A stretch of DNA of 64,000 nt from Ptychomitrium polyphyllum (lineage: Eukaryota), in the NCBI GenBank assembly GCA_973851085.1, contig OZ316776.1, forward strand, positions 15,252,001 through 15,316,000, read 5' to 3'. The position numbers and the translations under genes are program-made. Shown piece after piece: positions 27,701 through 41,526 of the stretch. A model generated the notes under the pieces. The model saw nothing but the letters and a program-made list of their open reading frames with translations, ran no database searches and was not told the origin of the DNA. Every line of letters begins with the position of its first letter. The first letter of the stretch is position 1.

Positions 27701-29058
27701 GCATGTGAGGTTCCGTGCAACCTGAACAAATGACAATATTTATTGGTGCTACAATGACAACTTGTTCCCCTCAACCACCCAACCAAGGCCTTTGGCTTTC
27801 AGCCAACCACTTCATAACAATGCTCTTGCTGCTGGGTGGCTAATTTCTTCACATGGACTGCCTCATTTTCTGTAGCTTGTCTACCACCTGTCTCATCCTT
27901 GTATTGATTTACAGTTTTTGTGGAAGCTAGTCATGCACTCAGATTCTCATTTCTTGTTGGAGAACTTTGACTGAGCTCAGGACACCTTGTTTTTGGTTCT
28001 GTAGCTCTCCACACTCTTATGTTGTTAGTTTAAAGTTGAACTACATGCATTTGCTTTGCATCGTTTTTGGCTTGGAGTTGTTTTACATCTTGTCATGTTG
28101 GAGAAGTAGTCTGAAGGTGGATGATGAGGAAATATGTTGGTAGCCTACATGGCAATAATCATTACAATAAATAAGCAACCATTTTTTTAATTCATTTTTA
28201 TTTGGATTCTCTTAGAATGGCAACCTAAAAGTTCATCTACAAGACTTTTTTTATCTTGCTTATTTTAAAGTCTTCACATCTTCTTTTGTAGACCATCCTT
28301 TGTTTAAAATATCTATATCCTGGGTGGAAATTCTGTTTTCCTCCTGTTTGCCATAGAAGGTGTAAATTGGCCCTTGCTGTCCTTTCAAAGCCTTTTTAGA
28401 GAATGTTGATTGAACATGCTCAATGGAACACTAGTGTAGGCTCTACTGAAGAAGGATTTTAGTATAGCTTTTGGTGATTTTTCATTGAAAGTTAATTATG
28501 ATATTATTGGGAAACCGTTTTGAGAACTCTCTTTCAAGAAATATTACCATCATTTTAAATTACAATTAAACTGCCATGAACTAAAGATTAAGGAATTTCT
28601 ATGCTGAGTTATTAAAAAAGAAGGAGAATCACATTTGATCTCTTTTGAGAGGCAAGTGTAACCAAAGTGTTTGTTCACCTAGTCACCAAACTGATTCATG
28701 TCAGAGTGCAACTATAATACTACATGCCCATATAAATATTTATTATAAGAAAATTTGTCATGTTGAAGAGCTTTCATGCCATTCTTATACTGTGGTTTAG
28801 TCAAATTAAACACTCCTACTAAAAATTCATACCATTTTATAGAAAAGAACATTGTGATACCTGCTGTGGCCCACAACTAAGGCTTTCAGCGACAAGTGAG
28901 CTGAAAAGAACGTCACTAGAACGTGGGAAGCGAACATGCAAGCGTTGACTGTTCCCACCAAAGCATCCTATAGGATTCCCGCAACCCGTGCACAGCGCCG
29001 CCCAATCCCGTGCAACGACACGACGCATCCCCATTGACCATACTACCACATATGCTCA

Positions 29059-29390
29059 CCCAAATCCGTCACTACCCCCAAAACCGTCTCTGCACCCCAG
29101 AACCATATCTTTACCCAAAACCGTCACTATATCGATAACTGTCCTAATCTCCAAAACCGCCTATACTCCTAAAACCGTCCCTGCGTCTAAATCCGTTGGT
29201 ACACCTAAATGCGTGGTTTCACCCATAACCGTCTCCACACAAAACCGTCTTTACACCAAGAACGGCTCAGACACCCAAATCCGTCACTATACCTGAAACC
29301 GTTTCTGCACCAAAAACCGACAATAGAAGGAAACCGTAGATGACAGAAATCAAGGTGTACGGTTTATGTAGATATGTGACGGATTTGGGT
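29059..29390 (+). repeat. Degenerate ~18-bp minisatellite (consensus ~ccaaaaccgtctctacac, ~15 copies) with an inverted copy
   Basis: aaaaccgt/aaatccgt recurs at ~18-bp spacing from 29059 to ~29340. gtgacggatttgggt (29376-29390) is the reverse complement of acccaaatccgtcac (29059 and ~29273). Confidence 0.8.
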
Positions 29391-29595
29391 ACAGGCGTGC
29401 GGCGTGTAGGGTTGCACGGCGGCACAGAGAGGAGGGGAGAGAGCAGAGCCGAGCACTTGACGGAGCGAGCACCTTGGCGCAGGAAAACATCAGCTTTTTC
29501 CTTTCGGCGGCATCGCAGAAGAGGGTTTTCGTGCACAGTGCTGCCAATTCTCTGTCTTGGCCATGTTTTGTGGAGAAAACAGCAAGCTTGGCGCC

Positions 29596-31357
29596 ATGGG
29601 CGGGGTGCGGAGGTTAGGATCGTCCTATTGGTTGGTGCTGGCGGTCGCGGTGGTGATGTTGGGAACTCGTGTGGGAGCTGTGCAGTTTGAAGTCAGCGCC
29701 CGGACCACCAAGTGCATCTCCGAGGAGATTCAAAGCCATGTTGTTGTGGTTGGGGATTATAGGATCGTCCATAGCGATGAAGCGCACAAGGTCACTGTCA
29801 AGGTGAGAATGGCAGGCTCCTTGATGAGGAGCCTCTTTTCGATGTTGTGTTGTTGGGGGGCAGACCTTTGGGGCTTGGTGATGGGAGGTGGGGAGTTGCT
29901 GTGATTGCGATACTTTCTAGAGGTGATGTTTTCAGTTTTTTCGAATTCTTCAAATTTGCTCCTTTATTTTGGATTGTTGAGCTTTTTGCTTTGATGCCTC
30001 TGCTTTTGTGATGTGTTTCCAAGGTTTATAAGTTTTTGTAAATTTTGGGGAACATGGAGTCATTTGTCAGAATGCTGGGTGATCCGTGAGTTTATCTTGA
30101 TCGTCTCCATCATTTAACATTCTGTTTGAGCAACTGCGGCAAAGGGTAGTTTTTTAACTTTAGCCGGGCACATGATCACCTTTCTACGAGCAAATGTTAC
30201 GCTGTGTGCACGTGGTTGGTGTTGGTGGGAACTGTGAGAATTTACCTGTTTGTTGGTTGGTCCTGCATTTTAGTTTTAAGCTACGAACTGTGAAGCTCGT
30301 TAACTTGCTATTTGAAGAGTCTCTATACTTTTAAATATTTGAGTTGTCTCTGCTTGGGTGTGGCTTATCGTAAGTGCAAACTCTACGTTACATTTTGAAG
30401 TTGTAGATTCCTAGGCATGAGGAGGTATGGGTTAAAAATTGGTGGATGCCTTTTTCTACTGTGCAGGTTACGTCGCCTTACGGAAACCAGTTACACTACC
30501 AGGAGAATGTTCAGTCAGGACAGTTTGCCTTCACCACATCTGAGTCTGGCAATTTCATGGCCTGCTTTTGGATGTTGAGTGCTCCTCCCACCGCGACTCT
30601 CAATGTTGCTCTTGATTGGAAGACTGGAGTTGCTGCCAAGGACTGGGCATCCATTGCCAAGAAGGATAAGCTCGATGTATGTTCTGTCACATCCCTATAT
30701 CCTCTTGCCTAGGAATTTTGCATGAATTTTTCATTTGATTCATTAGAAATTGTCTTATTGTGGTTGGTGACGGTTTTTATTGAGGCAAAAAATTCGTTTT
30801 TCCAATCACCTGGTATATGCAATTCATTTTCTGTGCACTTCTTCTTTCAAAGGTTTTTTTTCTGTGAATAGCTACAATTTAAATGAGGTTGCAAACTGGC
30901 CAAATGGATTGAACTTTGTTTGTTTCGTTGCAGGGTATGGAGCTCGAGTTGAGAAAGCTGGAAGAAGCTGTGAATTCAATTCACAGCGAAATGCTTTATT
31001 TGAGAGAGAGGTACTTTTTATGCTACCTTTATTTGTCATTAAAAAATTTAAGTAGGATCTAGTGCATTTATGACTTTGGGTCCGATTTTCTTGTGGATGT
31101 GCTTGCTTGTAACTAGTGAATTTGTAGATTTTTAGTTTTGAGCTTCTCAAACATAAGAGCGTGGATCTGGCTTTTTCTGGATTATAATGAATACTGTTTG
31201 TGACAAGTGCAGGGAGGCAGAAATGAGGGACTTGAATGAGGTGACCAACTCAAGGGTGGCATGGTTTGGGATTATGTCCCTCCTTGTGTGCCTTGGAGTT
31301 GCGGGATGGCAGTTATGGCATCTCAAAACATTTTTTGAAAGGAAAAAGCTCCTTTAG
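29596..31357 (+). CDS. p24/emp24/gp25L (TMED) cargo receptor, delta subfamily; 4 exons (29596-29802, 30467-30676, 30934-31010, 31213-31357)
   Basis: Signal peptide; GOLD domain KCISEEI..VTSPYGN..GQFAFT..G...[15 protein letters not shown]; coiled coil [22 protein letters not shown] helix; C-terminal FFERKKLL dilysine motif. Alternative in-frame ATG at 29563. Confidence 0.95.
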
Positions 31358-31665
31358 GTTCATTAGCTCAGGCAAATAGTTGGTTCGGTGGTGCTTTGCT
31401 TTTTTGCTTTGTTCAGAAGTAAAGTTTAATACTTTTGTGGTCAAAACATAAACTTGTCGAGTATGCATCTGACTAAACAGATACAAATTATCCCTTTCTG
31501 TTCTTTGAAGTTAACTGTGTTTTGGGTATCGAAGAGGAAACTGTACGTTAACCTGTACATAACTTGTGGAGTCAAGATATCCTTTAAATAGGCAAATGCT
31601 CTTTCCTGCACCAGAGTTGCCTGAGAATAGTATTGTCACAGTCAGGACTTAAATCTTCCTTACTG

Positions 31666-34600
31666 TCACAATGCTTGTACCCCTCGTAATTTGGAGATCT
31701 TTGTACTAACCAACCTGGCCAATGCTGATCCTATGAGCTTTCTATCCTCCAATGATGCATTTTTGGCTCCGTCCCCTAAGATTTTATTTACTAACAAATT
31801 GTTCGACACCAGGTCTGACGTACTCAGAGACCATTTGTCGCATGAAGGACCATGCTTATACCTGCCTTTCTCTTGAACTGGAGCGAGAGAATACGTAGTG
31901 CTGTAATTGTCTTTTGCGGTGTTTTCCGCTTCCATTTTGTGGTGTTTTCTGCAACAGGGCTCTTGGAGATCCAGCACTGGTGCAGAACTGAGTCTTCCAG
32001 ATACCACTCTCCCTCTGGGACTGCTCTTTGGACTTTGGCCTTCATAAAACTGTCTTCTCACATTCTTTGGAAGTAAGGTACTTCCTGTTCCTTTACTTAT
32101 CTTCGTGTGCTCACTTCGAATACATGAGTTCACCGTGTCTGCAAAGATACGGGGGCTGAGTTTGCCTCTCACAGTCAACATGTCTGCACGAACCCGAGGG
32201 CTGAGTTTGCCTTTCACATTAGTGAGGGCCTTCGCTAAATTGTCACAAACACTTAGAACCGACTTCAACACTTTTTTTCCATCAGGTCGGCGTTGCTTTG
32301 CATATGAGCTTACAGTTGGTGCTGTCACTAGCCGGGACCTAATCTGCATCAGGTAGCCATCATAGAATTCAGTGCTTTTATTTGGGTGGAACTTTGTCAC
32401 TGTTTCATAGAAATTCGGTTGACAATTGATATCTGCCATGAAGGAGGTGATCAGAAAATACCAGTTTGAGTTTACATTGCACCCAGTCAAAGCATGGCAT
32501 AATACAGAACTACCTACGTTTACTAGGATAGACGGCATGAGAACCTGGGAATTGTGCTGCAAGGGTTGAACCCCTTGGCACAGGATTTTCTTGAGTTCCC
32601 CCACCTCTTGCTGTAACGTTGTCTGCATGGTGGAGACCCAAATTTGTTACACGGAACCAACACGTTTTGAACAATTCCCAAATGAAATCATCGTCAATGA
32701 AACTCTACTCCATCCTGAATCCTTCTGCAACAACGGCCCATGTTCATGTTCGTAAACCACATTAGACATGACGCAAGTCCAAGCCAGGCAAGGAAATCAT
32801 TGACGGGGTACCTGTAAGGCCTGCAACGCCCTGGTCTGGGAACCGCTTGGCAGTTGATTCTTATCTTTAAGGCTTCGTTTCGGGTTAACATTAGCTACAG
32901 GTGCCCTTTTCTGCCTTCGTTGCACAGTGACAGCATTTTCATCAGAAGGTCCCCTGACCAGTCGTAGTTTCAAAGGGAGCTTGAACGGAGCTCCAGAACT
33001 TTCGTAATTCGCAGATTCTGCCACGACTTTGCTCCTGGGTTTCGTTTTCATATCCTGCTGGGAATTTGGCTGGCGATGGGCGCTCAAAGTGAGAACCAGC
33101 CACTGAAAGAAACTACGCTCGAGCTGTCGCCGATCTCTTACTCTGCGAATCCACCAAGGCAATGCCGCCAACATTTTATCCAAAAGAGCACTTCGAGAGA
33201 TGGCTTTCCGTTCTAGTACGGATGTTCGGGTGAATACTCGCCATGCTGACATTATCAGTTCTTGTACTTTCTGCTGCTTCTCATCCTGCAAATATACCAG
33301 GCCGCTAGTGAGTTTCATGAAACAGAACTCAAATTTCCGGTAGCCCTTCCTTTACGAGGTGCAAACGATCAATAGACCCTGTATTTCTCAGTCCAATATG
33401 AGCAGTCAAGTTTCAGAGGAAAGCTGTTCAGACAGGGCTCAAACATTCTACGCTTGGGCAGTTTTCTGTACCAGATACGAATCGTCCAACTTTTTCTCAG
33501 TATATTCGTGTAGCTTTCTCGCAAGTAGCTCCGCCCTGTAAGTCAGAGTCAAGTGGCATCAGATTCTGCTCTGAGCCAAGATCTGAAAATCTAAAATGTG
33601 CTTATAGCATCTGGCAATAAATGGGCAGAATGAAATCACTAAATGCTTTCATTGCAAAGAATAGGTTGAGTTAAAACCATCACCTTGCACTGGCTGCTGC
33701 CCACCGCCATTTCCAAGTTATTGACTCTGCGTGTCCACTATCTATTGTGCATGTCGGGGACATTGAATAATTATCTGAAATTGAATCTTGAAACAAGGTG
33801 TAACAAACTTCGTCAAATACTGGTATAGCACGCGTGTCCACTTTACCACACCCGAATTTTCTCCTTGAAGAGTTCTCTATTCTACTCCGGACACTGGATC
33901 CGTCAGTTTGTGCCGACGATAACTGCGCATTAATGGTGCTCTCTAGCTCCCGCACATGGTGTGCCAATTTCTTTAAGTGTTTGACGATCTCTGAAGCTAC
34001 TTCTGCTGAACCTTCCGCTCGATCGTCATTAGTGCACTGCAGCTTCGCGTACAATTCCTAATTCCCGGCCATATCACTTCAGACTCTCAGTGGGGAAAGC
34101 TTAAAATAGGAGCTCCTCTAACCTTTCTGAGCTTAGTAAATGATGTTAGTGTTTGCAAGTGATTATCAAGAATACATGCAATGAGCGGACTCGACTCACC
34201 TCCGCGCGAGTAGATGCAAGATCTGCCCTCCTCTCAGCTTCTTGAAGTTGCAACAGCAGGGTGCCCTTTTCATGCTTCAAATGGCTACGTTGCTCCACAG
34301 ACGTGGGCAACTCTACAAGCTGAACATAACAAATTCTACATCTTCGGCAATCCATTCCAGCAGAGATGTGGAGAGGACACAATAGATGAATTATGAAGTG
34401 TAGTAAGCAGTTTGTACCTAGAGTTCGATCATAGAAATATGTACTAGTTCGGAAGTCTGAGGATGTAGTTAACTCTAACCAATAATATCTAGAACAACTG
34501 ATCAGCTGCCATAACGTCTAGTTCAATACCTTTGATTTGCAGAAAGAGCCTATAAGAAAGTAGATAGGGAAGACTGATTATAAAATAGATCACTATTACC

Positions 34601-36529
34601 CCTACCCTTGCGACCTTTACCAGACCGCCCCCCAACTTCCCCCCGCCCGACACACACACACACAATGCTTTACAGGCGATTTGAGCACAGTACAACATTG
34701 TAAAACCTCGAAGGAACGAAAGGTTCCTCCCTCACTAGTTATTCACGAGGGTTTTTTTGGGTTTCTTCTTCAACAATGGATTACTCCGTTTGTTTCACCA
34801 AAAGGAGAAGAAAGAAAGAAAGAAGAAAAAAAACCTCTTTAGAACAATTTTCTCCAAATGCTTGTTGCCGTTGCTTTTGGAAACTATTAACTTCTGCACA
34901 ATGTTCAGCCGCCATTGAGTCGATCTGGTGCTGCTTTGAGTTATGTTGTTCCACCAGTGTGGTTGCCAAGGACTTGATTCTCTCCATCTCTTCTGCTTGC
35001 ATTATTATTTCTTTGTCCCTAGAAGACAACTACCAACCAAGTAGCCAATGTGGTCAATAAATATTCCAACTTGCTGGCCATCCGCTTACTCTACAGAGCT
35101 TAGTTTAGGACAATAAAGACAATGGACTTGCGTGAATCCTTACCTTTTCCAGTAGATCCCTGTTTTCTCGCAAAACAATGCTATTCTCAGCCTGAAAGTC
35201 ACTCCTCTCACTTTGAAGACGACCCAGTTGCCCATCGATCTGTCCAATATGATCTTCCATGCTTCTTATTTTCTCTTTCAGCTGCTGGATCTGGTTATCC
35301 CGCAGTTGGATTTCTGCATCTGTCTCTTTGAAGCCTTCCATTCTAGTCATCTGCTTGTCGCTCTTGCTTACCTGATTTCCACTATAAACCCCTTAAACTT
35401 TTCTGAGCAGAAGTTTACGCGTGCAACCAATTCAGAGTCAAGAATCCTTGCCAGTGCCACATATGCATTGCACTAATATACAAGCCACATAAAAGCTGCT
35501 AGAATATTAGGTGTGCACAGTTGGAACAATGGGATTCCAACTTGGAATCATTTTATTGTTTTGGAAGCAAAACATCTAGTTCTCAACGAAGCTTTGACGA
35601 TAACATTCAGAGCAGGGAAACATACAGTAGTATTGTCAGCAGAGTAGCCATTCTCATGGACAGTGCTATTCCTTGCCGAGGCAAGTTGACTACGGAGTCT
35701 CGATGAGTTAGCCCGCGCGGTAACCAACTGTTGCTCAGTGTGCTCCAGCTCTATTTCCAGAGATGCTAGAACAGTCTCATCTTCTCGAGCCTCTTCCAGG
35801 ACCTTTCTCAGCTCTTGACCTATTATGTTCTGTAACCGACACTGAGAAACAATCAAGCAAGAGACAAAACATGCAATCCCTCGGCATTTAAATGGTTCAA
35901 GAACCATCAGTAACCACCAAGCAACCGGGTAGCAAATACAAGCACCGCTGTCGAAAAGGAAATTAATAGAGCCATATTATAGGACACACCTTCAGCTGAC
36001 TATGGCGCCAACGCTGAAACGCAAGCACGATGGTCACCAACTTCTTCTCCGACAATCCTCCATCTCCAACCGCACTCAGCAAGGATTCACTAGTTTCGAA
36101 AAAGGCATCGTCCGCATCTTTTGATGGTTTTTGTTCCGTGCTGGACTGGCTAACACGGAAGAGGTTACGCACGGGCATCACCTCCATTGCTTTCCAATCA
36201 AAAGATGGACACCGCAATTGCTGAGCAAGTCTGTTTCTCAAATCCATATTCACCTCCGAGCCCTTGTCCCCTGCTACTGGGTGATCATGCCCACTCTTTT
36301 GATCGAAATTCAGACGCTTGTTGAAATAATCGGATCCCACAAGCACCTCGGGGCCGCTATTCGTACCCATGCTGTCCACACGTTGCTGAGGTAATTTCAG
36401 ACCTCCGTGGCTTTCAAAAGCTTTACTCTGCACCCCAGTCATTCCGTTTTCGAGCTTCTGAAATTGGTGAACCTGGGTTTGGTGTATGCGTGTCATTCGG
36501 ACCAACCTATTATCTTCCTCGCTAGGCAT
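31666..36529 (-). CDS. Uncharacterised long coiled-coil protein, ~9 exons
   Basis: Chain of minus-strand ORFs (36529-35990, ~35849-35629, ~35374-35144, ~35031-34836, ~34319-34200, ~34057-33685, ~33535-33378, ~33285-32813, ~32573-31666) bounded by GT-AG sites; heptad-rich E/Q/K/L segments. Exon limits approximate. Confidence 0.7.
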
Positions 36530-39500
36530 GGATGCCTAGCTCTTATAGCATGGATTTCAGCAGCTAAAATACTCAAAACTATTCGTGCAGTCAATCCAGG
36601 GAGAGTCTTGGTGTAAGAAAAAGTTGAATCTCTTGTGAAACCAAGACAAATCCAGCTTAATTCGAAGACACCCTAAGCAACCATGGCAACTCATGAAAAG
36701 GTAAAGTTGAAGCTGTACGAAGGTATTCAGAGCAGCTGGGTGTCACCTCCATTGTGCCATTGTCACGGTACACCTCCGTAGTGCCTGGCCCTCTGTCTCC
36801 ACTCAAAATCCCACCACTAAAAATCCAATCCCATATCCGTATCGTAACAACATCCAACAGAGTAAAGGTTCACACTTCACATGACTTTATACCCTGAGCC
36901 TCTCTTGAAAGTTATACACCTGCTACGTCCAAATACCTCAAGTCCTAAACCATTCCACAAAATTCCCCATATCACCGATCTCTACAAGTCTCTTCATTCC
37001 CTACTTTCAAAATAGCCAAAAGTTCCCAAATAGCTCCTAACCCTAAGACCTGTCCGAAAAAACATAACCGAGGGTTCATGTGTAAAACCCAGCTCTATAC
37101 CCAACGTACAATGGCGAACAGTCCGAAACTATGAAATACTCAAATGCGATCCTCACTCACTCAGACTCGGAGAAAATCAGGCCACCACAACAGTCACCCT
37201 ATTTGGGCTACATATCAGTACACCCTTGTCGTGAGGCTGTGAGCTATGTATCTGTAAAGGAAGGGAGGAACGAGAAGCTACACTATGATGTTTATAATTA
37301 GGACGATGGAGATTGCGTTGTGGCATTTGAGGTGATATCTGTGTGAGAGAGAGATTGGTTGGAGTGCGTGGGGTGAGCCTGGTGATGGCCATAGCAGTTG
37401 ACAGAAGCGAGAGATGGTTGTTGTGTTGAGCAATGTGTTGAAGCAGTTAGAACAGAGCCTCATTACCACTTTGCAAGGGGGGGGCTTGTGCTGTTCATGT
37501 CATGGGACTGGGACTCTCAGGTTAGTGTTCACACCGCATAGCCGAGATCTAGCATCCATGGCAATCTAAGAAGAACTCCGGGGCCGGCGTGGGTACTGTG
37601 TGTCTCATTGATTTCGTGACTGACTGATTGGTAACATAGTCCCCCTCAGAATATGGAGACGTTGAAGCACAAGCTGAAACTTGCTTAATAATCTGAAGCT
37701 TAACCTACTTTCCTATAAGATTGGTTTATCCTTGTTCATGCTTCATCAGCAACAAGGGCTTCCATGGCATGATAATCATCTGGGCAGGCTTAACACGCAA
37801 GATGGATTTTAGGTATACTAGGTAATAAGACACAATACATGCACACGGACTTGGATTTTGCCATCACCAGTTTCTCATCTTACAAGTCAAACGTACCAGC
37901 AAAACCAGAATAGTCCCCACGTGGAAGAAAAATGACAAACCAAGAGAATCTGAAACAGTGTCAACCTGTTTTGTAAACCACTGCACGTTGCAACCATGTG
38001 GCTGTGTTCCTAACTTGCGACCAGGTATCCAGACAATAAACAAACAGACATTTGTATCAAGAATTAGCTCCAGCATCGGCATGTTTCCCAATCTGCAGCA
38101 TCCAAACATGTAAGTTGATGCTTAAGCTACTTTTTGTATGAAATGCCATTTGAGCATCAAGTCTGGTAGTTCTCCATCAATGTAATATTCGGTGCCGCAT
38201 CTGCAGTGTGCTAAATTCTTGTGACGGTCTCAGTGATGAGTCTCTTTCTTCTCTTGAGTTAGCTAGTACAGTACTTCGAATACTCTTTGGATGTGGATTA
38301 TGGACTAGAAAAAAACTTCAACATTTCATATAATCTCGGTCATGGTCACATTAATTCTGCCGGAAAGAAACTTGCCCGTACAATATATGATGGTAATGTT
38401 GCAGACTGTACATGGATGGGGCAATATAGATGTCAAATTGTGTTGTTTATCCTTGGCAAAAGATGCCGAATTCTTCTCCAAGGAATAATCTTTGCCATGT
38501 ACTCTTCCAAGCTCTTCGTCACATTCATGGCCAAATGGTCGGCATTGCTGAGGAGCTGCTTAGTTCAGCTTGTCAGTAAAAATTCTGCAAACTTGACGTC
38601 TAGTTGACGGTCTCTCGAGGTCACAAGCCGGACTCTAGCTGACTGAGAAACACCACAGTGCAGAATCTGCAACTTTGCTCTGGAGATCAAGAGATTCTCC
38701 ATTCTCATGAGAATCAGCTTGATCTCAGATTATGGGCATTCATGTATGAATAGACTGCTGTTTTGAATTCAAGCCATTGATTTAAGTTCTTATTTCAAGC
38801 TTGGGACTACTATGCTTTATTTGGGAATATTTAGCTCAGAATGCATGTTAGTACGTTTCAAAATGATATACATTCCATGCAGCACTATGTTATAATTCTA
38901 AGAGCAGAGGTGCAATTTTAGATGGAGCAGTTGTGTGAGGACCATGGGATCTTCTTCTGTTATACTATTTTACATCTTGTGTGCACTCCTATGCGTTTGC
39001 AGCCTTCAGATAGTGGTTATGGGTAAGTACCAGGTTCTTCAAGAATTTATATGTAGACAAAGTGGTGTTACTGTATGCAGCAGCTTGAAACTATAAGCAG
39101 ATTACTGGTTTCAGTGGTTTCATATTTATGGTGAATGATATAGTTTGCAGCGTCTGAATTACAATGCTATTTGCAGAATACGAACTGATAAAGATATAGT
39201 GGCAATCTTACCTCTGCTAATGACTTGTTAGATAAGCCTTGCAAACCATGAGTATTCTTACTTTGAAATGCCACTTGGCCAAGAAGTGGTCCAGTAAAAA
39301 ACTTCCTCGTTATCTTCAGTAAATTCCTTTGATATCAGGCGAGGCCTTTGATCAATCAACATGTCTTAAGGTCATTTTATTTAAGCCTAAACTGTTAATT
39401 TATTTATGCGAATTTATAAATATTAACTAACCTATGTTTTGCTGCATTTACCTTTTAAGCAGATCATCATTTTGAAGAACGTAATTACTGAAGATGGTCT

Positions 39501-41458
39501 TAAGGAGCCTAATTTAACTCTATAATGTTTAAAAGTAATGATATGATAATCATTTGAAGACCTCATTGGGTATAGATAACGCAGTAACAAGAAAGAAAAT
39601 GGAATTTATAACCATGTTTTTGCCCTGTAGAAAAATTAATTAAAGGCTTTCAGGCAAACGATCTTGTGCCCTTATTGGATCTTGGAAGCTGTGTACATAC
39701 AACTAGGAGTTACTATCACCAATTGTGACAAAACTAGGAAGGTCAAAGACCACTCTATCACATGCCTGCTGAATGCTAATTCACAGAAGAGGTTGTCTTG
39801 CAGAGGCCCTCCACCTCCAACACTACTACACACATGAGAGGCGAGGTGGCTCCAACGTAACGCTCATATTCTCAGCAGGAACTCAGGAAAGGGGAACTTC
39901 TCATCGCTGGAATGGGGAGCTTTGTGGTGTTAAACAACATGATCTAGGACGGCTTCTCCTCAAAGAGCACGCTTCTAGGCAAAGTCACAGGAATCACAGT
40001 AGCGACAGGCATCTCTAGAGGACCCGTTCAGTTGATGGCCCGACATCTCAAACTACGAAAACTACACAAACAACTACACAAACATCCAGTTTCACTGTCG
40101 CACCCAGGGGCATTATATGTGGAGGCACCGGTTGTTTCCACGGATACACTGGGTATGGCTCTGTAGTGGAGGTAACAACCATCCGACAAGAATCCGGCCT
40201 CTATGTTTATGTGTGGGGACGTCTTCCTTGAATGCATGCAGACGTGATGCATCAGGTTCAATATGGAGTCACAGCAGGAAGGTTGATTACGATTGAATGA
40301 GGTTACATCATTGCAACAAGGGAGTACTATGCAATATCACCTCCATGGCATAATCAGGGCTTGACGAACAAATCTCACGTTCTACAAAACCAGAAATCTG
40401 TGACTCGTTATACTTGGATCATGCTACCAGGACAGCAACGCAATCACGGTTCTTTCATCATCATTCTGAGCGGCATACTGACATTGTTGGTCTCGGAAAT
40501 TGACATAACTTCAACCTACAGTATGTTCTTAACCGCAGTTCGCTGCAGGTCACATACTTAATGTTCCTCAATATTTTCTAGATGAGCAACAACTTGTTCA
40601 TTTTTTCATGTTATTTGTTCATTCTTTTCACTGAATGCCCAGTTCAGAGTATTCTTCCCTGTTCTGAGCGTGTTGCTAGATTAAGTATGAAAATTATTAC
40701 TATAGCAAGGCTCAGTAGTGTGGGTGGCAGTGGCAGGGAAACCAAGGACCAAAAATTGAAGGACCAACACTGTATCTACTGGAGCAGCACTTAGAAAGAG
40801 TAGGAAGTTTTTCTAGAATATCCATAGGATATCCAAAAGATGCCACGCCCAGACTGAGTTGATACTCAATCCATATCCGGATTCACGTCTGTGCTACCTA
40901 CGACGTTATCATACCCTGTATATAGTTACTTGATACCTGCTCAATACTCTGGTGGTGGTAGAAAATTTGCCACGCATAATAAAAGAGCCTTGAACCCTAT
41001 CCTGTGGTTAGTCTAGTGGTCAAAAGCCCAGTTGCCGATAAAAAACCCTGTTTATGCTGGTGCAATTCTGATATGGTACCTAGTAATAACCAGGCAAGAA
41101 TCCGCGCTATCTTCCCGGGGCTGCTACAGTTACGACGAGCCTAAGCAGTGGGAGCTTTTCTGCTCGAGTCCAGTTTCTGATCTATACTCGGGTTATACTC
41201 GTGTAATACCATATGTATACTAGTATGATAACCATTCTATACCAAGTCGGGTATCGAGAAGGTAGCAACGTTGCAAGCTTGTGGAAGCTCCGCCGTAGAG
41301 TTTGTGCTTTGATGTCCACTAGCGAAGGAATCGTTTTTACTTGCGCAAACGCACCCTCGACCTGCGAGCTTCCGAAAATTTTCCACACTTCGGCGCCCTT
41401 TTGGGGGCGTGGAGTGCTGGGAGAAACGAAGCAGAAACCGGAATTGCGGTTCCGAGGT

Positions 41459-41467
41459 TTAGGGTTT
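41459..41467 (-). promoter_or_regulatory. Telo-box (AAACCCTAA) in the PEX14 5' region
   Basis: ttagggttt about 60 nt upstream of the ATG at 41527. Confidence 0.45.
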
Positions 41468-41526
41468 GTGTGAGCGTGGAGCGGGTGCAGGTTTTGTAGC
41501 GGAGGAAGGGTTCCTAGTGGGGAGCC

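Noticed and set aside
25500..28800. Very AT-rich block (similar blocks at ~44800-47000, ~54500-55500, ~63500-64000)
   Set aside because: Probably decayed transposon DNA, but no termini, target-site duplications or domains could be identified.
28988..29296. 102-aa ORF with PKTV repeats
   Set aside because: By-product of the 18-bp minisatellite; lacks an ATG start.
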